The notes beneath the pieces are model-generated. The model worked only from the letters and a program-made list of their open reading frames with translations. It ran no database searches and was not told where the DNA came from. This document shows, piece after piece, positions 46,801-56,013 of a stretch of 64,000 nucleotides of DNA (position 1 is its first letter; each line of letters opens with the position of its first letter). Location: the IMG/VR virus record IMGVR_UViG_3300045988_094874, positions 231 through 64,230 of that record. One strand, 5' to 3'. The DNA is from a virus. A program made the position numbers and the translations under genes.

Positions 46801-48400
46801 CGTTACCCATAGCCAGTAAAGCCTGTGTAATCTCGTTAAGTCCTTGAGCTACTCTGCCTCCAGAGAAGCCTGTCTCAACTCCATTAAGGAATGTAGGAAG
46901 ACTCCCCTTTAATTGCTCAGAGAAAGCCCTATTCCATTCAGAGAAGTAGCCACGGATACCAGCAACAGCCTTCTGTGATTTCTCACCTACATATTGCCAC
47001 ACAGGGTCTGACTTCTCTACTAGAGCAGTAATATCCTTAATAAAGTCTACAATGTTATCATAAAGCCCTTTCAAAGGACCTTCTGCCCCTACAGCACCAC
47101 TAGCTTTCAAACCAATATTTTCAAGCAAGTTATCCCATGCCAGCTTAGGGGTCTTAATTGTGTTTGTAAGTGACTGTAATGCGTCACTGTTACCTACTTC
47201 TGTGAGGACTTCCAAGTATTTTTCAAGAGACAAGTAACCCTTACGGATAGCTGTCTGCTTATTCACAGGATTTCCTTTATCATCTTGAAGATAGCCACGC
47301 TTAGCCAGCTCCTCATCAATCAATCGTGTAGCCACAGGGGACTGACGGTACTGAATGATACGGAAGTCTTGCCAGTTCAGCTTGCCTGCTTGCAATGCGT
47401 CAGTAAGCTGTTTAGCTACCCCAGCGAAGTCGTCAATAGGGTTTTTATTAGTAGCAACCAGACCAGCAATAGCCTTAGTCAGCTTCACAGGGTCTTTTAC
47501 TCCAAGTGCTGTAAAGTAACCAGTATTACGAAGCAAATCAGCTCCGTTGTAGGCAGTAGCCGCCCCATACCTAGAGATTTCCTGAGCCACAGCTTCTGTA
47601 GTAGACCGGTCTTGTCCAAATGAAGCCATCTGTGTCTCATAGGTAACCATTGCGTCACCAAGCTCTTTGGTCTGCTGTACGATACTTCTTACACCTTGGT
47701 TAATCGTCTGACCGATACGGTTAAAGATATTCTGGAAGCTATTCATGTGAATAACCCCACGTCCAAGGCTTGAGAGCGCTGAGTTAAAGTGCTTCACAAA
47801 GGTCATACCTACTTTACGCCCTAAGTTACCTAATGCAGTAAGAGTTTTCACAGCTGGTGCAGTTACAACCTTACCGATTGCAAAGCCCTTCTGTAAAACA
47901 TTCCTTACTGTGTTAATCTCTTTAAGCATAGAGCCGAAGATACCCGTAGAGAAGCGTAGATTGCCCCCTAGCACCTTTCCAATAGCCAGAGCCCCAAGAG
48001 CCTTACCTAGTGTCAAAGTCTTGCTAGAGAGCCCGTCAAGAGCTCCTCCGATGGTGTTAAGCTTAGAGCTCAGAGATTGTGAATTAGACATGAAGCGTCT
48101 AGCTCCATCATTCATATTCTCTAAAGGGTCAGCTCCATTACCAGTAGCTCCTGTGAGCTTTACTTTGACCTCTAATGTGGGCGATACTCTCTTCTTAAAA
48201 GCACTCCATTCACGCTGGAACTGTGCTGTAGAGAACCCTATATTAACCTTAAAAGAGGCAGACTTATTGCCTGCCCCTAGTTCCTTTTTGAGGAGGTTAT
48301 TGACTTCGCCTACCTGTTTCTTTAGTCCATTAAGGAGCGACTGAACACGCTGTACGTCTTCTGCTCCTGTAATATTAACTCCGATAGTACGAACTACCAT
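43874..48400 (-). CDS. tape measure protein
   Basis: 1508 aa with coiled-coil regions and long Gly/Ala-rich hydrophobic segments, as is typical of a TMP. Confidence 0.7.
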   Translation of the reverse strand: MVVRTIGVNITGAEDVQRVQSLLNGLKKQVGEVNNLLKKELGAGNKSASFKVNIGFSTAQFQREWSAFKKRVSPTLEVKVKLTGATGNGADPLENMNDGARRFMSNSQSLSSKLNTIGGALDGLSSKTLTLGKALGALAIGKVLGGNLRFSTGIFGSMLKEINTVRNVLQKGFAIGKVVTAPAVKTLTALGNLGRKVGMTFVKHFNSALSSLGRGVIHMNSFQNIFNRIGQTINQGVRSIVQQTKELGDAMVTYETQMASFGQDRSTTEAVAQEISRYGAATAYNGADLLRNTGYFTALGVKDPVKLTKAIAGLVATNKNPIDDFAGVAKQLTDALQAGKLNWQDFRIIQYRQSPVATRLIDEELAKRGYLQDDKGNPVNKQTAIRKGYLSLEKYLEVLTEVGNSDALQSLTNTIKTPKLAWDNLLENIGLKASGAVGAEGPLKGLYDNIVDFIKDITALVEKSDPVWQYVGEKSQKAVAGIRGYFSEWNRAFSEQLKGSLPTFLNGVETGFSGGRVAQGLNEITQALLAMGNATTSQNLGKGLSEVAYQYERLVAKFIGLGQVLLDNGALDTVANFVALYGDMVAKVAGSSVIRNTLVFINFIIDEVEKTVNNGALVSGADRAFAGLLDFYTQLVSLASLFINDTPIVSKGLEYAGQVLTAMATTVSSVKELMNNMLNGGASGNFKKGLELGFQQGVSGYGDDPRGLGRTILFIQKVRKFFEDLMKEYNNLFNTFKYANQVGAEKYGVKIGNFLGEVANIFGKIIEWFDKKIGQLNGRINFNTVKTLVEEVGKMWLSVVNMLTDTVTKSIGSLPKGRLEQGMKNFSSVFQNLQKSLQPIYQELLTGVLKSATGNTGKKLLQAMADFVKAVVTMIRDIIKHIGHGSVEGGLDRILKFFTNILNFMTEIAKFMGQYPGLTTGLIGLVTIFGVIGKVLGAAAGMVSVANTLGLGGLASGAGGGGLLSGLLSKTPITSLLANSEGNALQQFLARAGTPALTNIGTKVGSFGASPLGMIASLVAQMIADPVQNAIGGHAGATVGGALKTAGAGLGLAGATFTGASIGTAIMPGIGTAVGALLGAITNLIMGGGKNLIDGIEGLLTGYNDEYRKQAAENAKSIRENAEAVSRARADEHTTRDVLGSKVTLGGYLQNMTDMQKKVFGRLQQNFTDATAYMQNSMRLLEEAGATDSATMRQTLFDLGYNAQKPLKDMQGTYVRIGEELMSWEQLKAQNGLYGSEGDEILASLLNQVAIAQGRQFTDIVDEQGNLITQMDAYRQGAQNLTEEKRQELQQKLIDAGVSRDQVLQLPDKALQFLVSQYDTYTNTMSAEKKKAEDQEKESKKHGTLKDAWDRLVGALEGVRDWVAGILGGIADWITGSKSGTSKKNYDKGKKKLPSGSGLLFSTGGFVNYLAQGGSPLLGGIFQPRGTDTIPAMLTPGEYVLRKRAVDSLGTNFLDNLNRFGIGALGGNRTTTVVNNYYNNNASVNQNIDNKSNYLNGMYGLDRLMRYV

Positions 48401-48418
48401 AACTTCTCCTTCTAATTA

Positions 48419-49840
48419 TTAGGCTAAGTCTCCGCTGTCCTTACGAACTTCGTAGAAATTGCCGTTATCGTCCCGTGAGATTGTCAGTGTCAAGGACAGA
48501 GTAACTTCACTATCTGTACCGTATTCACGTGAGTTCTCTGTGATAAGAACGTTGTTAAATACGTAGTAGCGGTCATTGCCTTTAGTATCCTTAACGTGTT
48601 GAGTCACACGGAAGTGTGTCTTGTCAAGACGTTTGTCATTTGCTACAATAAGCTCCACTTCACGCTCAGCATTGTAAGTCACAAGGACTTCTTCACCGAT
48701 GTAGTCTTCGCTCACAAGGACTGTTCCACGAGGTGTTGCAAGTTTTTGGTCAGTAATGACGATAAACTCATCAGCACGAAGGCTAACACCCGGTGACACA
48801 GGAAGCATTGAGAGGTAAGTAGACTCACAGCGGTCAAGTGAAATGATGATTGTGTTACAGTCACCAAAGTACAAGTCTGGGAGGTAAATCTCACCATACT
48901 TCTTACCATCTACAGTAACCTCATCAACCACATAGGTATCAGTTTGAGGAATACCACTTGTTACCAGATTAGATACACTTTCCAGTGGGTTCAACCAGTA
49001 ATCGTTGGCAGAAGTAGTTGTAGCTGTAATCTCTTTGGTTACTTCAATCTGTTCTGCGTCATATTGCCGTCCGAAGCAACGAGCGTCAGAAGCTGGCACA
49101 GAGACGTTATGTGTGAATGAAGTCAAGCAAGACAACAGTACGTTAGAGAACTTACGAAGCTCTGAACGGTCACCTACAATGTAAATTGAGCTGAAACCGA
49201 TTTGAGCTGTTTCTTCCAGTTCAGTATCAGCAGAAGCTTCAACCTCATAAGAAATTGTAATACCTGCTGATTTAGCACTTGGCTTACCAGAAAGTTTACC
49301 GTTCTTGAACTCAGGATACCAACCAGTACCTGTTTGACCGCCACCGTTAGCAGTGTCATTCAGGGATACAATGTCAGTAAAGTCTACTGTACGAAGAACT
49401 TCTCCCGGAGCAGTCACAGCGAACTTGTAAGCGTAGGTAAATGAGTTAGTCTGAGTTGCGTCAGCGTAGTCAGATACTTTAGCACGGAGTGTGTAAGTAC
49501 CAGCCTTAGGCAAGTTCAGGTAAATCATGTTGAAACCAAGAGCATACTTGTCTGGGTGAGAACGGATTTGGTAACGAACTTTCGCTTTCTTGTTAGCGTG
49601 TTTTACAAACAGTGTACCTGTGTTCAAACACTTAATAGGTCCACAGTTGATTTGGTCTTGAGGAACTTTGTTAGCGTCAAAACCTACTTCAGTACCTGTA
49701 TCGACTGCGATACGTCGGTTAGCTTTCAAACGAACACTTGGACGAATTTCCTCAGTAACTCCTACTGTGATAATGTCATTCTTATCTTGCTTGTTAAAGC
49801 CGTACAAAGGGTGTGACATATTGGTAGATGAATAAGCCAT
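48419..49840 (-). CDS. major tail (tube) protein candidate, possibly with a C-terminal Ig-like extension
   Basis: 473-aa gene immediately upstream of the TMP. No G/GT chaperone genes intervene. Confidence 0.35.
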   Translation of the reverse strand: MAYSSTNMSHPLYGFNKQDKNDIITVGVTEEIRPSVRLKANRRIAVDTGTEVGFDANKVPQDQINCGPIKCLNTGTLFVKHANKKAKVRYQIRSHPDKYALGFNMIYLNLPKAGTYTLRAKVSDYADATQTNSFTYAYKFAVTAPGEVLRTVDFTDIVSLNDTANGGGQTGTGWYPEFKNGKLSGKPSAKSAGITISYEVEASADTELEETAQIGFSSIYIVGDRSELRKFSNVLLSCLTSFTHNVSVPASDARCFGRQYDAEQIEVTKEITATTTSANDYWLNPLESVSNLVTSGIPQTDTYVVDEVTVDGKKYGEIYLPDLYFGDCNTIIISLDRCESTYLSMLPVSPGVSLRADEFIVITDQKLATPRGTVLVSEDYIGEEVLVTYNAEREVELIVANDKRLDKTHFRVTQHVKDTKGNDRYYVFNNVLITENSREYGTDSEVTLSLTLTISRDDNGNFYEVRKDSGDLA

Positions 49841-49853
49841 TTAGTGTAACTCC

Positions 49854-50069
49854 TTATTTGTTTTCTTTTCCTTCTTCTTCTGTAGCTTTATTAGCAGGAC
49901 CAATCACAGGACCGCTAGGTGCTACAGGAGTTGGGTCTTGGTAGTTAGCCAAATATTCACGAACAAGTGACATTGCTTCAAGCTCCAATCGGGAGTTACC
50001 TTGAGAAGCCAGTTCATTTCGTGTCATGTAGAAACGCTCTACATCAGCGGAAGACAAACGATTTGCCAT
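49854..50069 (-). CDS. hypothetical small protein
   Basis: ORF. Confidence 0.4.
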   Translation of the reverse strand: MANRLSSADVERFYMTRNELASQGNSRLELEAMSLVREYLANYQDPTPVAPSGPVIGPANKATEEEGKENK

Positions 50070-50078
50070 TATATTCTC

Positions 50079-50651
50079 CTAACATTCAAAAAGTGATAAA
50101 GTTATTGGGAAGCTGAACATTCCAACCTCATCTGTGAGCTCACTGCTAAAGTCTGTTAAGTCTCCAAATTTCACAGGAGTTACCTTGATTGGGAGATACC
50201 AGTCTTTATTAGAAGCTACATCATCAGCGAAGGTCTTCATTTTCAAGCCTCTAGTTGTCTTAACTTGGTGGTATATCATTTCACATATTGCCTGATACAC
50301 ACCGTCACGATATTCTAGCACACCCTCTGGTGTGTTCTCTATACAGCGCCTTCCAGTAATAGGAGACACAGAAGAGTAATACACAGAGAAGTTCACTATA
50401 TATCGTTTAAAACAGCCTTTGTTTAGGGGGTCTGGCACAATGTCTATCGCCAAGAAGGGGTTTTCCCAACCTTGATTATTCTCATAGTGTTCAGATGTCC
50501 CTACATGAGTATTAAATTGCTCATCAAATTCTCTGTAACGATTTCTTGGGTCGGTTTCTTTCTTATTATCCACTTGGATAAAGTAATCTAGGACTTCGTA
50601 GCCATAGAGCTGTAACCATTTCTTTATATTTATATAAATACTACTAATCAC
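50079..50651 (-). CDS. head-tail joining / tail completion candidate
   Basis: Positional. Confidence 0.4.
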   Translation of the reverse strand: MISSIYINIKKWLQLYGYEVLDYFIQVDNKKETDPRNRYREFDEQFNTHVGTSEHYENNQGWENPFLAIDIVPDPLNKGCFKRYIVNFSVYYSSVSPITGRRCIENTPEGVLEYRDGVYQAICEMIYHQVKTTRGLKMKTFADDVASNKDWYLPIKVTPVKFGDLTDFSSELTDEVGMFSFPITLSLFEC

Positions 50652-51106
50652 CTTCTAAGACTCCTTATAATCCTTGACTTACCTTTATTTGCACTTATCC
50701 ATTCCTCTAGCACTTCCTTACCTATATCGGTGCTTGTACCAATACCTGAGCCTCTACGCCCACTAGGCTGTCTAGCTGACATACTTGACACAGAGAGTGG
50801 AAGGAGCTGTCCTCCCATAATCTTTGTGGCATTTTCGATATAGTTGAAGGGAGGTAGCCCTGATTTAGGATATCCCTTTAACATATATGTAGCCGCATAG
50901 AACCTATCTTGCTTTGACTTCTCCCTTAGCGTATCAGCACTTACTGACACAGAGAAGCCATTTCGTGTGCGCTTTATCTGGGTACTCTCTCTAAGAGCTC
51001 CAGTGGCTCTGGATACCTCTGCCCTAGACTCAAGAGCAACATTATACACAACTTCTGCAAACTCTCTCAGGAGCTCATCACCTGTGATTTTAGAAATGTC
51101 AGTCAT
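50648..51106 (-). CDS. head-tail joining candidate
   Basis: Positional. Confidence 0.4.
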   Translation of the reverse strand: MTDISKITGDELLREFAEVVYNVALESRAEVSRATGALRESTQIKRTRNGFSVSVSADTLREKSKQDRFYAATYMLKGYPKSGLPPFNYIENATKIMGGQLLPLSVSSMSARQPSGRRGSGIGTSTDIGKEVLEEWISANKGKSRIIRSLRR

Positions 51107-51596
51107 GGTCTACGGCAATAATCCCTTGCATTTGTTTAACATAAGGCTTGCACTCAAAGAGTAGTTGCTCATGCTCACGTCCTGCTAGTCGCTGTACCGT
51201 CAATTTAACGTCCCAGCAACCGGGTAGTACCTCATAGGTCTTGATACCAACAACCTTCCAGAAGACGACTCCAGCGTCCTCAGGGCAGTTATTATAGTTA
51301 CACCGAACACTCACACGCTGAATGACATAATAGCCGTGCTTTATATCAAAGTCACAGGTGTGAAGTTGGTTGTGAAGTGAGAAATAGAAAGTGGCTAACG
51401 TGGAGGAAGTTTCTAGTTTGTGAGTTGTCTCTACATCTTCAAACCGACCTACTGGCATGTAATCTACACACTTAAGATGTTCAACCTCTTCAAACAGGCA
51501 GGTATCTATCTTCCGGCTGTTTTCATCATACCGTGATACCTTTCCTCCTTGCTTAATTACTATTACTTCTTTATTATTCTTGGGAAGCCCCATCAC
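51099..51596 (-). CDS. head-tail joining candidate
   Basis: Positional. Confidence 0.4.
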   Translation of the reverse strand: MMGLPKNNKEVIVIKQGGKVSRYDENSRKIDTCLFEEVEHLKCVDYMPVGRFEDVETTHKLETSSTLATFYFSLHNQLHTCDFDIKHGYYVIQRVSVRCNYNNCPEDAGVVFWKVVGIKTYEVLPGCWDVKLTVQRLAGREHEQLLFECKPYVKQMQGIIAVDHD

Positions 51597-51849
51597 TTAC
51601 CTCCTCAAAGGAAGGCTTAACAGCTCCGTCCTTGTCTCTATGTTTCAGGTTAAGCAGGTAGCGTCCTTGAATATCATCAGCGACTTCCTGTGCTTCTCCT
51701 TTTCTAAAGACGAATAATCGTCCTTCATAGTACATACGGTATTCTGTTTTATAGACCTCATTAGATGAATGGGTCGTGGAAGTTCCACAGCGAGAACAGC
51801 CATAACTTCTAGCCTCTCTTGTGTACTCCCCTAGATACCTTACTTTCAT
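51574..51849 (-). CDS. hypothetical small protein with a CSRCG zinc-ribbon-like start
   Basis: ORF. Confidence 0.35.
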   Translation of the reverse strand: MKVRYLGEYTREARSYGCSRCGTSTTHSSNEVYKTEYRMYYEGRLFVFRKGEAQEVADDIQGRYLLNLKHRDKDGAVKPSFEEVSDGASQE

Positions 51850-52645
51850 GCTTTCTTGCCTTTCCTACTGCAATAAATACGCTTGTATCCTCATACTGAC
51901 ACAGGGACAGCATGCTCAAACTTTGTAGTGCCCAACGGTTGATTAACTTAGTGTAAATATACTCAAGACTTGCTGTGTCAACGTCCCATGTCCTAATTAG
52001 GTAGTCCACAGATTTACTCTTAAGCACAGAGCCTACAGCCAACCGGTCCATCTTAGAGCAATCGTCTAAGCTTCCACAGTTGTTCTGATAAGCAATGAAT
52101 ACTTGTAAGAAGTGACACATAGCCTCATAAACACACAGAGGTAACGTTTCAGCTGTGTAACCAGCCTCATACCGTGCTACAAGCTTGTAGGTAGTCTCAC
52201 ATTGGCATGAGGTATCACATTGACAACAAGGGTTGATTTGTTCGGTCATATCAATGAGAATAGTCTCATCAATACTATCCCAACTCCACTTAGTTCTGTC
52301 AAGCTCAATTACTTCACGAGAAAGCCCTTGCCTCTTGTGTAAAAACAGCTTTACTGTGCTTGGGTCAAAACCTTTAAAATAATAAGGCTTAAATTCAAAT
52401 ATAGCCTTACATTCACAGATTTCATAGTTCCCAAGCTCAATGATTTCCTCACGAGCTGTCTTTAGTATGGTTGCACAGGTTTTATCAACCCAACAGAACA
52501 TCTGGGCAAGAACCCGAAGGAACTTACCCACATATTCCTGAATATCTGCACCATCATTGCAGTCGAAGCATTGGCAATGTTTCTTTAGCTCCTCAGTGAC
52601 CTTTACAAGCTCAATTTGAAGCTCTTTGTTATCAGCCATTGCCAA
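51809..52645 (-). CDS. Cys-rich head-associated protein
   Basis: Directly downstream of the MCP. Contains CQCFDCNDG and CCQCDTSCQCE. Confidence 0.5.
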   Translation of the reverse strand: MAMADNKELQIELVKVTEELKKHCQCFDCNDGADIQEYVGKFLRVLAQMFCWVDKTCATILKTAREEIIELGNYEICECKAIFEFKPYYFKGFDPSTVKLFLHKRQGLSREVIELDRTKWSWDSIDETILIDMTEQINPCCQCDTSCQCETTYKLVARYEAGYTAETLPLCVYEAMCHFLQVFIAYQNNCGSLDDCSKMDRLAVGSVLKSKSVDYLIRTWDVDTASLEYIYTKLINRWALQSLSMLSLCQYEDTSVFIAVGKARKHESKVSRGVHKRG

Positions 52646-52655
52646 CCCTCCTTAA

Positions 52656-53888
52656 TTAAGCCTCAGCCTTGATAGTAGCCATTGGGAACGGATTAAGACC
52701 TGTAAGCAGACCTTGGATACGCTCGAATACAACGGCAGGGCATTGTTGGTCAAGTGGAATGTTAGCAATCAACAAGTGAGATACTGGTGAATTGGTATAT
52801 ACCAAACCAAAGTTTTCGTACTTGTCACAGATTACTTCACAGCCTGCTTGAGTATCATCTTCTGATGTCACAGTGCGGATAGAGTCTTGAGGTACGAACA
52901 AGTCGTGTTGTGTCAAGGCTTCTACACGGTTCAAGTCAAGCACATATGCTTCACCAGTCATGCTAACTTCATTGTCATAAGGCATGTGGTAAGAAGTACC
53001 AAACTTAATGCCACGGAATGTCACAGTATCACCTGAGATAGCCCAGCCTTCTGGCAGTTGAGCGTCTTTGCCCGGTTTAATTTCTGATTTAATTCCACGC
53101 AAAGTCAATGGGTGAACATAAATCTTGTAGTTAGAATTTTGTGATTGGAGTACATCAAGGTAGCAAGCTACTTGACGGAAAGCACCAATTACAGAGCCAG
53201 CAGCGTCAATAGGAGTGATACCCGGGTGGGTCATCATTTCTGCTACACCGTGGAATGGACGTAAGCCGTTACCCTTGTAAGAGAGCAGTCCTTGTACGAT
53301 ATGGCGTTGTACGATAAACGCAAATGTGTACCAAGCCATGAAAGCTTCTGCTTCTGCATAGCTCATTCCAAGCTTCTGGAACTTGTTAATCAAGTCACCT
53401 TGCTTGAAGTGTACTTTGTCCTTCATCATACGGTCAAGACGGTTTTCACAGTCCTTGAAACACAGGTAGCGAACAGGTGTAGCGTCACCAGTTGCTTTCA
53501 TAGTGAACTTCTCAGTGAAGCAACAGCTATCACCAGTATCACCAGAGAAGTCTGGAGCTTCTGTACCCCATGTCAGGGACTCCATAATCCAATCGCCATT
53601 TTTAGCTCGACGCAAAGTACCAAGGTTAGCTTGCTCAAAGCGTTTAAGCAAGTCTGATACCAGCTCGTCTTCCATACCTACTTCACGAAGGCTTGGCTGA
53701 GCTTTAGACCAGTCACGGGAGATACCGAATGGGATTTCTCCGTCTTTATGGAATGGTGCTTGTGGCTTAAAGTTAGCGCCTGCGTCACGTGCCATTGACT
53801 CAAGGTTAGCAAGTGCTACTTTAGAATTATCATAAAGATAGTCAATAGCTTCCTTAAGAACAATGTCAAAACTTGTCAACTTTTCCAT
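52656..53888 (-). CDS. major capsid protein
   Basis: 410 aa, immediately after the protease/scaffold gene, with strong RBS GGAGGAAAATAACTAATG. Confidence 0.55.
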   Translation of the reverse strand: MEKLTSFDIVLKEAIDYLYDNSKVALANLESMARDAGANFKPQAPFHKDGEIPFGISRDWSKAQPSLREVGMEDELVSDLLKRFEQANLGTLRRAKNGDWIMESLTWGTEAPDFSGDTGDSCCFTEKFTMKATGDATPVRYLCFKDCENRLDRMMKDKVHFKQGDLINKFQKLGMSYAEAEAFMAWYTFAFIVQRHIVQGLLSYKGNGLRPFHGVAEMMTHPGITPIDAAGSVIGAFRQVACYLDVLQSQNSNYKIYVHPLTLRGIKSEIKPGKDAQLPEGWAISGDTVTFRGIKFGTSYHMPYDNEVSMTGEAYVLDLNRVEALTQHDLFVPQDSIRTVTSEDDTQAGCEVICDKYENFGLVYTNSPVSHLLIANIPLDQQCPAVVFERIQGLLTGLNPFPMATIKAEA

Positions 53889-53891
53889 TAG

Positions 53892-55019
53892 TTATTTTCC
53901 TCCAAAACGTTTACGCAGACCTGTAGACTGCTCTAATTTCTCTTCCTGCTCTTTAACCACAGGGGCTTCAACAGAAGCCTTAGATAGCAACGCTGAAAGT
54001 GTTTCCATACGCTCTTTAATAGCGCTTTGTGACTCAGCTTTCTCTTGCTCAAGTGCTTCTTTCTCAGCTTTAAGGCTTTCAACCTCAGCTTTAAGTGCAA
54101 GGATTTCTTTAGTAGCATTTTCCAGCAATTCAGCTGTTTGCTTATCCAAAGACTCTTCCTTCGCTTCTACTTCTTGCTCAGCAACTTTATCTTCTTGCTC
54201 AGCTTCCTTAGCTTCAACTTCTTCTTTGACTTCCTCAGCTTTAGGTTCTTCTACAACTTCCTCTACCTTTTCTGGCACAGGAGTTTCTTCCTGAGATGTT
54301 CCATTGAAGTAAGCAAGGATTTTATCTAAAGTGTTTTCTTTATCCAACTCTAGCTCCTTCTCTTGTTTCAAATACACAGAGGGCTCATAGCCTCCGCTCT
54401 TTGCATTTCCGGGATTTCCTACAAATGAAAATCCTGTAATGTGTATATTATCAGTGATAGGCACAGGTTCGTCAGTAAACTGTGCATTATACTTGGTCAG
54501 TTTCGTGTACTCAGCGACTTCTTCAGGCTTAATATCCTTGAAAGTCCAGCTAAACTCAGATGAAATAGCAAAGGGCTCATCTTGAATGATAAGGTCCTTA
54601 ATCTGGCTAAGCTCTGTGTTCACATGAGGTTTTACAAGTAAATCTGAGCGTCCTTTGTCGTCTGTGATAATTCTTAAGTCTTCCTTACGGAAGTAGCCTT
54701 GTCGCACAGGGAAGCTATTAGTATCTACATGTCCAACCGTTACATAACCTTCGTACTCTTCATCAATGCTGTCATACCACTTCTGTAGTGTTCCTTTAGC
54801 AAGATAAAGACGAATAGAACCATCAGGGTAAAGAACAGAGCCCTCAGATAAGAGGGTCATGTATCCGTCCTCACCGTCATAATTCTTATTCACAGAAAAT
54901 GACTCTTTGTGCTTATCAGTCTTACTCAAGTTAATATAGCCGTCAAGCAAATCCTTATTCATGAGGTAGGTGTCTATCTCATTCTGGATTTTCTTGGCTA
55001 TCTTAGAATAAACTGGCAT
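53892..55019 (-). CDS. prohead protease - scaffold fusion
   Basis: N-terminal globular domain about 190 aa long with TVGHVD. C-terminal about 150 aa of E/K-rich coiled coil (EEVKEEVEAKEAEQEDK...). Confidence 0.45.
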   Translation of the reverse strand: MPVYSKIAKKIQNEIDTYLMNKDLLDGYINLSKTDKHKESFSVNKNYDGEDGYMTLLSEGSVLYPDGSIRLYLAKGTLQKWYDSIDEEYEGYVTVGHVDTNSFPVRQGYFRKEDLRIITDDKGRSDLLVKPHVNTELSQIKDLIIQDEPFAISSEFSWTFKDIKPEEVAEYTKLTKYNAQFTDEPVPITDNIHITGFSFVGNPGNAKSGGYEPSVYLKQEKELELDKENTLDKILAYFNGTSQEETPVPEKVEEVVEEPKAEEVKEEVEAKEAEQEDKVAEQEVEAKEESLDKQTAELLENATKEILALKAEVESLKAEKEALEQEKAESQSAIKERMETLSALLSKASVEAPVVKEQEEKLEQSTGLRKRFGGK

Positions 55020-55339
55020 TATTCAGTCACCTCAAATAGATGGTATTCAAGTTTACGAACTTTATGACCCCCACAGCTTGCACAGTAGGCGTATTCATAA
55101 GAAACTCCATCTTTTTTAAGACCTGCTTCTGCCTCTGGCGTGTAAGGTAACTGCTCAGTAAGTCCTCGTAGGCTATCTACTAAAATCTCATCAGTAGTTT
55201 CATACCAGCCTTCATCATCTGCTTTACCAGAAGGATAAAACTCAAACAATTTACGGTTACTTTGAATGTAGCCGTCCTTTGTGAAATTCACACGGACTAC
55301 CAAGTCACGCTTCAAAAATCGTGAAACTCTAAACTTCAT
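55019..55339 (-). CDS. hypothetical head protein
   Basis: ORF. Confidence 0.4.
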   Translation of the reverse strand: MKFRVSRFLKRDLVVRVNFTKDGYIQSNRKLFEFYPSGKADDEGWYETTDEILVDSLRGLTEQLPYTPEAEAGLKKDGVSYEYAYCASCGGHKVRKLEYHLFEVTE

Positions 55340-55583
55340 CTAACTCCTCTACTTCCTCAGGAACTTCCTCAGTCGGTACAGGCTCTTCAACCACAGGAGT
55401 TTCCTCCACAACTGGTTCTTCGTAATGAACTTCTTCCACAGGGGCTTCTGGTTCTACAGCTGGCTTAGTCAGGTCACTATCAGAGATTGATGTAATCTCT
55501 TCTACTTCCCAGCCGAACTGTTCAGCACGAATTTGAGCCAGATACTCGTCATAGGTCATTCCTACTTCGATTGTATCATTCAT
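55329..55583 (-). CDS. acidic Pro/Glu-rich small protein
   Basis: PAVEPEAPVEEVHYEEPVVEETPVVEEPVPTEEVPEEVEELDEV. Confidence 0.4.
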   Translation of the reverse strand: MNDTIEVGMTYDEYLAQIRAEQFGWEVEEITSISDSDLTKPAVEPEAPVEEVHYEEPVVEETPVVEEPVPTEEVPEEVEELDEV

Positions 55584-55930
55584 TACTTATCTCCTTCATA
55601 AGTAATTGGGAACTTGTAGCAGTCTACTTCAGTTGTTTGAAGAGTGCGCTCTTCTGTAGTGAAGGAAACTTCATACTTGTCACCACAGCAATAAGTGAAT
55701 GACTTGAACTTGTTGTCAGCTTTATCAAAATACTGAACCTGTTCACGTCCCACAATAATATGCTTAACCTTTGCCAAAATTTGCTCAGCCAAAGGTGATT
55801 TGAAAGTCATTTCTTGTGAACCCACAGTCAATTTTAGGTTCATAATTGCGACTTTGATTTTGTTTTCCTTTGAGGGAGTTAGTTTTGGTGCAGCTGGCTT
55901 AACAGTAGTAGTTTTATACTTGCGTACCAT
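55583..55930 (-). CDS. hypothetical head protein
   Basis: ORF. Confidence 0.4.
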   Translation of the reverse strand: MVRKYKTTTVKPAAPKLTPSKENKIKVAIMNLKLTVGSQEMTFKSPLAEQILAKVKHIIVGREQVQYFDKADNKFKSFTYCCGDKYEVSFTTEERTLQTTEVDCYKFPITYEGDK

Positions 55931-56013
55931 GTCTGTCCTCCTTAATAATTGTCTACCTAGTTATACCAAAAAAAGCACAGTAAGTCAAATAACACACTGC
56001 ACTTTTATTTTAA

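Noticed and set aside
44268-48344. Multiple + strand ORFs of 60-144 aa, for example at 44268, 45090, 45576, 45933 and 47910.
   Set aside because: They lie entirely antisense within the 1508-aa tape measure gene, and they are Pro/Ser/Ala-rich as expected from reverse-frame translation of a Gly/Ala-rich gene. No RBS is present.
43874-48400. Considered whether the 1508-aa protein is a polymorphic toxin or large internal virion protein rather than a TMP.
   Set aside because: Its position between the tail-tube candidate and the Dit/Tal-like genes favours a TMP, as do its coiled coils and its Gly/Ala hydrophobic segments. No toxin-like C-terminal domain was recognised.
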